A stretch of DNA of 64,000 nt from Cyanophora paradoxa CCMP329 (Eukaryota > Plantae > Glaucophyta). The notes below the pieces were generated by a model that had not been told where the DNA came from, searched no databases, and saw only the letters and a program-made list of their open reading frames with translations. The translations under genes were made by a program, and so were the position numbers. Location: contig QPMI01000479.1 of NCBI GenBank assembly GCA_004431415.1, positions 116,175 through 180,174 on the forward strand, in the 5' to 3' direction. Of this stretch, positions 56,075-64,000 are shown in pieces. Each line of letters starts with the position of its first letter. The first letter of the stretch is position 1.

Positions 56075-57007
56075 ATGATTCGGCTGGTCAATATAGATAG
56101 CAGAGACCGATCAGATGGACAAATAGAAAACTCCTACAAAGTTTCACTCACAACCCCAGTGACTAAACCAAGAGAATGTCGAGTTTTGTATGCAGAAATC
56201 CCCAACAGCATCTATAACTCCATTGGAACAGACCACCTTCTTGTCAGATTCTACTACCAAGGCATCTCTGAAACCAAGCAGGTCTTCCTTCTCCCAAGTG
56301 GTTACATAAATCAAGGTCATTTCGGGGTCACCACTCCATATAATTATGGTCTGAATTTCACCTTTACTGGGAGCAACAATCTCACATATGCATTCAAGGT
56401 CTACTACAACCCTACCTCCTACAAATTGGAGTTTTACAGTAATGTTCAATTCGAGATGGTAGCATCTACACAGAGATTGGGTAAACTTCTTGGTGTGAGT
56501 TCAGTGGAGTGGGTGGCTTCCACTGAACAGATTTACGATTTCCCAGAGTCTGCAAGGTCTTTATATGCCCCCGAGAATTTCCTTTATTTCGCAGGAATAC
56601 CAATCACCCCAAACCATCCCCAATGGGGAATCACATTCACAGGATATGAATTCGAGGCATCTCGCTTAAACTACAAGTTAGAAGCTTCCAAGATGACAGA
56701 TATGAATGCAGAACAGTATTTATACATGCACATTAAAGAACTCTCCCCATTTGCTACAAACCACAATATTGTCCCACAATCTCAACCACAGAATCAAGGG
56801 GCGATTCTCAGATTGCAATTAAGTAAAGATATTGGACAGTATGTTTATCACAGTGGAGAGCACAGTGAATACATAAAAATAACCGATCGAAACCTTGTGA
56901 TTAGAGAGTTAACAGTTGAGTTTCGCGATTATTATGGTGATCTTGTAGATATGAATGGAATTGACAACTCATTCCAGTTGGAGTTCTTGGCTATTGGTAA
57001 TGATTAA
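56075..57007 (+). CDS. Minor capsid (penton-like) protein 2
   Basis: IDSRDR and DMNGIDNSFQLEF motifs. Confidence 0.8.
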   Translation: MIRLVNIDSRDRSDGQIENSYKVSLTTPVTKPRECRVLYAEIPNSIYNSIGTDHLLVRFYYQGISETKQVFLLPSGYINQGHFGVTTPYNYGLNFTFTGSNNLTYAFKVYYNPTSYKLEFYSNVQFEMVASTQRLGKLLGVSSVEWVASTEQIYDFPESARSLYAPENFLYFAGIPITPNHPQWGITFTGYEFEASRLNYKLEASKMTDMNAEQYLYMHIKELSPFATNHNIVPQSQPQNQGAILRLQLSKDIGQYVYHSGEHSEYIKITDRNLVIRELTVEFRDYYGDLVDMNGIDNSFQLEFLAIGND

Positions 57008-57293
57008 ACCGATCCTGATAGAAGAACTCCCCATCTGTCTCGAAAATATTAAGAATGGGACTCTTTCGATCTTCTGTATACCATCGGCGAATTGTCTTAT
57101 CCCATTTAGCACCATTCTTTTTCAAGAATCTACAAAGAGTTGATCTCCTTGTAATTCGCAATCCCATCTCTTGAAAGATCTCATAATGATCTTGTATTCT
57201 TTTCACAATCAAGATGTAAGTCCCATGGAAATTGTGATATTGCTGGTTAATCGGCATGTTTCCTTTACAGCATGATGGGAAATCGTTTGTCAT
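56991..57293 (-). CDS. DUF5710-like small protein
   Basis: Copy of 35565-35867. Confidence 0.6.
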   Translation of the reverse strand: MTNDFPSCCKGNMPINQQYHNFHGTYILIVKRIQDHYEIFQEMGLRITRRSTLCRFLKKNGAKWDKTIRRWYTEDRKSPILNIFETDGEFFYQDRFNHYQ

Positions 57294-57304
57294 TTTTTGG
57301 CGAA

Positions 57305-58682
57305 ACGAGAGTATCTCATGAGATAGATGAGAGAATAACAGGTGTGTTTTCAGGGTTGGAGAAATCGGAGAAACATAGAGTATTGCGATTTCCGAGTTAG
57401 TTGACACTGAGAAATTCAGAATTTCAGATGGTCTTACTGAAAATGGTCAGATAATCGGGTGTGACACCTATTTAATTGACTGTGACGCCTCTTTAATTGA
57501 CTGTGACGCCTGTGACGCCTGTGACGCCTACTTTCAAACTTTTTAAAATTTTCAAAAATGACAGACTTCTTAAAACAGCCGTCACAGCCGTCACAGGCGT
57601 CACACCCAATTAAAAATGGAATCTCTTTCTCTTACTGAGATATTCAAAAATATATTCTTGTCTTACTGAAATCCGTATTGTGACACCTCTGACACCTACA
57701 AAACACTATCCATTAATCCACCTTTCCGAAAATGCGAAGTTGTCTTACTGGAAATGGTCTGCAATTTCGCTGTGACACCTAAATTAATTGAGTGTGACGC
57801 CTGTGACGCCTGTGACGCCTACTTTCAAACTTTTTAAAATTTTCAAAATGACAGACTTCTGAAAACAGGCGTCACAGCCGTCACAGGCGTCACAGACATT
57901 CTGCCCCCCTTACTACTCTTCTCAAAAACAGAAATATATCTTACTGAATATCATTTGAATACTATCTGTCACACTTGATTTCATTTATTCTGTTTTATAG
58001 AACATCTGCAATCTAATCGATTGATCAATTGGAGACCATGCAACTCTGTGACACTTTTTCGGTGCAAAAATGTAAATCCGCAATCTCATCGATTGTTTAA
58101 TTGGACGTGATGCAGTTCCGATATATTCCAATAGAAAATCGCGCAATCTCTTCAATTGTTTAATTGGACATAATGCAACTCTGTGACACTTTTTCGGTGC
58201 AAAAATGTAAATCCGCAATTCCATCGATTGTTTAATTGGACATGATGCAACTCTGTGACACTTTTTGCGTTTTTCGATACAGAATGGGCGGTGGTCTACT
58301 TCAATACCAGAGAGATATATCGAGTTTATGCGAATTTATGCGAATTTATGCGAATTAATCGCGATTATATCGTTCTTTAAGTAGTTTAATGTTAATCAAT
58401 CGAAGTTATATATGTAATCGACAAAGAACATAATCTATCGATATAATATCGATTGAATCAATCGTGAATATGCATTAAATTAAACGCGTTTATCATTTTT
58501 AATACAAAGTTTGCATTAATTTATACAAAGTTTGCATAAAAAGTTAAAGAAATTAATCGATAAATATGTATTTTAGTAGTTAAATTAACACATATTGAAA
58601 AACGAATTTAAATCCAGAGTGAATCGAGATCGCGAAGCGATCGAGATGAACGAGGGATTTAAATTCGTTTTTCAATATGTGT
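57305..58682 (-). repeat. Right TIR of the outer element (hairpin 58588-58682)
   Basis: Homologous to 35879-37257, with multiple substitutions mostly in 57670-58460. Confidence 0.95.
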
Positions 58683-61600
58683 GAAGAGCACCAAATGCGC
58701 ACGAGACGATATTCGCGTCCAGCAGACTATACATGTATGCCAGGTGATCCGAGCTCGAGGGGATGCTCAGATCTGAGCACTGCAGCTGCAATTTACAAAT
58801 TTAAACCCTGCCCCGGGGGCTCAAAATTCGGATCTAATTACAAGCAGGGGGGCAAGCCCCCCCGCACCCCCCCATTTAATAATTCCAGCTGCAGTCTGAG
58901 TCTCTGTCTGTGCGTGAAATTAAACATGCATGAATTTGAAACGCGATACATACCCGTACTCGCAGTATCTCAGAAAAAATGCCAGATCTAGACTTCGAAT
59001 TCAGGGCACTGCGCATGCGGTCTTTCTTTGTCTTCAAATTTAAATAGCCTCGCTACTTCGATTTCATCAGTAATAGGCGGGCGCCTCGAGCCTTAAGCTT
59101 CGAAATATTCGCTGCTTCCGCTAGCTATAGCCGAGCGCTGCGTTGGCTTCGCCTGCTGATGTGCTCCTTCAAGACAAGCGCCTATGCTAGCGCTAGCCAC
59201 GTACGTGTGTACAGACGCTATCTATGCAGCAGGAGCAGTGCGTACACGGTTGCTGAGCCTCTCGGAGCGCAACGTTCATGACAGCTGCAGCTGCGCTTCT
59301 GCAGCCTGCCAGGCTGCGCATGTCGTATACGTAGTGCGGGCTGTAGCTGCGTTAACTTAAGCTTTTTAAGCCTGCTTATAAAGCCTACATCAGCAGTATA
59401 CGTACTAGTCCAGCGCTAGCTGCATGCAGACTGCAGTCACGGTGTGTTTCCGTTACTTTCCGTTACTAGTATCCGCCATTTTCCGTTACTTTCAAAAAAG
59501 TTCCGTTATCCGCGGATAAGCCATGGCCACCACGTAGTTTCCGTTTGCAAACGATGTCAAACTTGAAAAATCTAGCGTTTTGGGGAACGACGTCATTTTG
59601 GGTAACTACGTTCGTCGATCGATATCCACGTACGCCGCGGCCCGCGGGACGAGTCGACGTCGACGTCGACATTAACTTAGTAAATCTAGCGTTTTGTGGA
59701 GATTTGAATTCGCGAGTCGCGAGCTCGAGTCGCGACGTCGACTCGCCGTGGTCTGTGGTCCGCGGCCGATTCGAACTTAGTATGCCACCTAGGCCTGCAG
59801 GCTGCAGCTGGCATGCAGCTGCAGCAGCTAGTGGCTGCGGCAGCTGTCGGGGTGAGTCGGGTCTACGCCGATATCGATGTCGACACTCGACGTGTTCGCA
59901 CATGAGGGTTCATATTGGGTGCGACAAAACGGGGAACTGAATCGAGACTGCAAGCTCAGCCGGCCGTGTTAACCCGATTTTTTTCGAAAGTGTCCGCTTG
60001 CGTCTTAAGTAATAAGTTATAACTTAGTATAAAGCCTTCTCGACCTCAGTTTCACGTTGGTTTGTGTCGAAGATGTCTTTAAAATTTGCAGTTTATTTGC
60101 AGTGATTTCACTCCCTTAGACAGCCTGTGTCGCGGGCGAAATATGTATTAATCTTAGGCGGCTGCAGCCTTAGAGAATTTACCGTTCGTAGAGATCCGGG
60201 TTCGCCTTAGCGTACTTAGAGTTTCGGATTCGAATCCGGGGGCTCGCTTTTCATATGTCTGAGCTGCCTGATCAGATCATACGATTTGGTCATGAGAGCT
60301 TCTTCTGTCGTACTGCTGTCTATCTGGTTTGCTTCTCCTCTCTTCTCGATCTACTGGTATCTCGCGCCCTGTGTCTTTCCTTGCTTATTGTCGATTTTGG
60401 CTCTTTGTCTTGTCTTTCTTCGTGCTCTTGTCTTAGTTCCTTCGCTTTTTGTCTTTGTGCCCCCTGGGCAGCCCCCGCAGTGCTGGTGTCTAGAGACTGT
60501 GGCCGGTAATTCACCAAAACAAATATTTAATGTTTATCAAGAGTTCTTCAGATCAGATCTACGAGTGCTGTCTTACTAAGTTACCTGCATCACGCTCGGG
60601 CCGGTCTTGCACTCACTGCAGGTCAGAGTCACTCTATATAAACCTGTTGTCTAGAATATATAATCCCGTGCCCCCTAGGGCTGCCAGTAGGGCATGTACC
60701 AGAATGGCCGGGGGATTTCTAGCTCAACCGTTGAACACCGCAACTTGGCAAGTCGGATCGGACCGTCAAGAAAGCCTTTTCCCCTCAAGTCGGACCGTCA
60801 AGACGATCGCGACTGATTATGACCAGAGTTCGAAATGCCTTCGAATTCACATGCGCGGACCGTCAATTCGGCGTCAAGTTGCCGACGACTTGCAAGTTGC
60901 AATGGCAAATTGCCGACGAATTCGAAGTTGCCGTCAACCCGGTTGAACCCGCCGCTGGGCCGCGGCCGCGGACCGTCGCGGCCCGCGGGCCGCCGCGGCC
61001 GCCCGGCGGGGCCGGCGCCGGTCCGGCGGCTCGACAGTGACTCGACACGCAAATATAGACACGCACCGTGCACGTGACGCACGGCGCACCGTGACGCACG
61101 CCGTTTCCCGTGCCACCCTACCTCCGGTAGCTATCATAGTTTAGCCTACAGACTACAGTTACTATCAGTTCGGGCCCTAGGGCACCAGGCTGCCACCAGC
61201 CTGCCACCTGGGTGGGGGCCGTGGGGCCCGTGGCCCGTGGGGGATTTCTAGCTCATCTTTATATATAATTAGATGAGCCTCGATCCCTCCTGATCAATCG
61301 CACGTCGGACCGTCAAGAAAGTCGTTTTCCCTCAAGTCGGACCGTCAAGCCTTTGAAGACGATCGCGACTGATTATGACCGGACATGCGCGGACCGTCAA
61401 TTCGGCGTCAACTTCAATTGGCAAGTTGCCGACGACTTGCAATATATTAATGGCAAATTGCCGACGAATTCGCCGTACGTACATATACGCGTCAACGCGG
61501 TTGAACCCGCCGCTGGCCGTGGGCCGCGGCCGCGGACCGTCATCATCGGCGTCACTGACTCTGACACTCAGTGAGTCATGATCAGCTTTTGAGGCGGCAA

Positions 61601-64000
61601 TGAGGCCTAGGCCGCCGCCGCGGCCCGCGGGCCGCGGGCCGCCGCCGGATCCCAAGTTGCCCCCAACTTGCAACGGCCCCCAAGGGAATTCGCGATCGGA
61701 TACACTAAATTGCTCAGGATAATGATGCTTATCTTGGCGGTCCATGGCAGTGACGGCACTCGATCCATGCTCTACGATTGATATACAGTTGCTGTTCCGA
61801 AGTTCAACGGTTCTGAGATCTAGATTCTAGACGTCGAGTCCGACGGTCGTCGTCGACTCGTCGACTAACTTAAGCTTGAAGGAGTCACTGTGAGTCACTT
61901 AGAGTCACTTGACTGACGCCGGTGGTCCGGCCGCCGGCGTTAAAAAACGTTGCGTCCGCGGACCGGTACCGTCCGCCCCCAATGGCCCAAGTTGCCCCTA
62001 CGGTAGCTAGCACCTTCGGCTAAAATTCGCCGCTAAATAGATGACCGGTCGAAGGGCACGTCACGTAGAACATTGATACATGTGCCGTGGTGTATCTATG
62101 CGACGTCCATTTTGCAAAAAACAAGTTGCCCCTACGTATACGGCCCCCAAGGGATTCGGATACACTAAATTTCTCAGGATAAGGATGCTTATCTTGGCGT
62201 CTATGGCACTCTATCCATGCTCTACGATTGATATATACACTCGCTGTTCTGACTCCTGAGATCCAGACGTCGAGTCGTCGACTCACTTAGAGTCACTTGA
62301 CTGACTCAGTGACTTGAATAAGTCACTGGATCGCTCGAGCCTCATGGATATATTTCATGCATAGTACTAACTCTAGATCTATTGTTTTAAACACCTCTTT
62401 AGAGTCAGTTGAATAGACGTCGACACGCAAAATATAGACACGTACGCCGTTTCGAAATTCGAATCGCCAGCGGACCGCCGGCGCCGGTTCAAATCGGGCC
62501 CTGCCATGCCGCAGTGTGCACGTACCGGGTGTGCCCTGCACTGTCTGCACAGTGCGGCCACACATGTACAAGGCTGCAGCTGCGTACACTTCTCGACCAC
62601 GGTACCCGGTCCTCCGAGTCCGGACTCCGGATACCGCACGAGCTCTGATCGCGAGCCTTCTACCGCAGTACCCCGGCCCTCTCCTCCCGAGCCGACGGTA
62701 CGTCCCAGCGGGCCGCCCGGCCGGCGGTGGCTTGCCATCCCTGCAGCTGGTAGCGGTACAGCAGCCTCATCATCAGGACCGCCGCCCGTGGATCAAGATC
62801 AGACCCTTCCCCCCCCCCCCCCCCCCCCCCCCCGGGCCCCGGGCCCCGGCCTGCAGCTGCCCGCGCGCGACATGTACACCCACCCGAACCCCCAGCGCGC
62901 GATCTAGCTATGGATCCGGATCTGCGTCTGACCAGATTTGATCCAGGCTGTGGCACTGGCAGGGACTCTAAATTCGTGGGGCGGGGAATTCGAAGCTTAA
63001 GCGCAAGGGAGATCTAGATTGATCACGATCGAGGCCGACGTCGGCCGGCCCCGGCCGCGGGCCGCGGCGCGATGTCGACTCTACACCAAAACGCGCGATC
63101 GAACCTAGCTTCGCTTCAGTCTCAAGAGTCTCGATACATATCTGACTGATATTGTATGCACACGATATCGATGTCTCACAATGCATTTGGGGGCCGCTCT
63201 CAGCTTTATTTACACCTATTGATACGGATTTACAATATTTAAAATCTATGAGATGACGATATAAATCGCCTGCTTATCCGAGCATGATTATATATATCGA
63301 AGTTCGAATTAATCTACAATAGAACCTACGATAGAAGTCAGCCCACTTGCAGCAATAAGTTACACTGACGAAAGTTACAACGTTATCGAATTTTCGAAGC
63401 CAATTAGGGGCTACTGAAAATTGCTGACATAGAACATAGAGTTATTGAAGTAAGTTACAACGACCTTGGGGCTACTGAAAAACCACTGATTCTGTAATAC
63501 TGATTTTAAGCCGCAGCCGCTTAAAAGCCGCTGCAGCATCTAGCGAAACTTTAGGTAATGCTTGATAATTAAATAGTGTTAAAACTAGAGCAGGAGATCT
63601 AGAGAGACCGATCCAGCATAAATATTAATACAGCGTCGAAAAGATTACCGTAGCACTGAAAGCGATTCGATGATGATCGATATCAGAGAATAATCATAAG
63701 GGGGCTCGACGGATCTCCGAGCGATCGCGAGTCGCGACGCCGGAGCTGCGCGGGCGCTGCGGCCGCGGCTGGCCTCTCGGGGCCTGTTGCCGACGTCGAC
63801 TGGATCAAATTTGCGATGGGAGAGGTGGCGCGTTGATCGCTTTTGACGCGCACGGCCGCGGCCGCAGCTTCGTCGCGGGAGCTGAAGCTGGACGTCACCG
63901 TAGACACGGAGATTTTCTCGAGTTCGTAACCAAAGTGCTTCTTGGGAGCGGCCGCGGGCTTGGGAGCGGGCTCCACATCGAGCACCACGGTTGCGAAGGC
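58683..64000. other. Host flanking DNA, largely non-coding, GC/CpG-richer, with local duplications
   Basis: Sharp composition change after the TIR; only short low-complexity ORFs. Confidence 0.75.

Larger units (their letters stand above)
1..58682. mobile_element. Outer Polinton/Maverick-like endogenous virus; left end outside window, interrupted by a nested copy
   Basis: The right arm 37258-58682 carries pPolB, integrase, ATPase and capsid genes and ends in a TIR (...CAATATGTGT at 58682). Composition changes abruptly after that point. Confidence 0.9.

Noticed and set aside
1-58682. Bacterial prophage interpretation (speD, tail-fibre repeats, P4-like primase)
   Set aside because: No terminase, portal or tail genes. 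The A32 ATPase, penton-like proteins, pPolB, rve integrase, TIRs and 6-bp duplication indicate a Polinton-like eukaryotic virus.
58677-63988. Host-side ORFs, including 63683-63988
   Set aside because: Short, low-complexity and without recognisable domains. The last could be a host exon but cannot be supported from this window.

Overview
Positions 1-58682 are endogenous copies of one Polinton/Maverick-like dsDNA virus. A unit genome is about 28.6 kb with 1,379-bp terminal inverted repeats (TIRs) and 5'-ACACAT...ATGTGT-3' ends. A two-TIR inner element (11329-37257, polymerase gene deleted) is inserted into the giant fibre gene of a closely related outer element, with a 6-bp AGTAGC target-site duplication. 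The outer right arm runs 37258-58682 and its left arm extends off the window start. An extra 7.14-kb left-arm unit (4188-11328) is an inner/outer chimera, as expected from unequal crossover. Genes include protein-primed PolB, rve integrase, Prim-Pol/D5-like primase-helicase, A32-like packaging ATPase, a major capsid protein, two divergent penton-like genes, a ~2,140-aa fibre, a patatin-discoidin fusion, a bacterial-type SAM decarboxylase and several small ORFs. Unusual non-coding features are 95-bp hairpins capping every terminus, iteron-like TGTGAC modules (in the TIRs and downstream of the primase), an AAAA[AT]TGAC motif resembling giant-virus early promoters, and a GGTTGCG/11-mer repeat block. 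Positions 58683-64000 are GC-richer, mostly non-coding, presumably eukaryotic host DNA. Many frameshifts lie in G/C homopolymers and are probably sequencing errors. Protein assignments come from motif recognition only; no searches were run.
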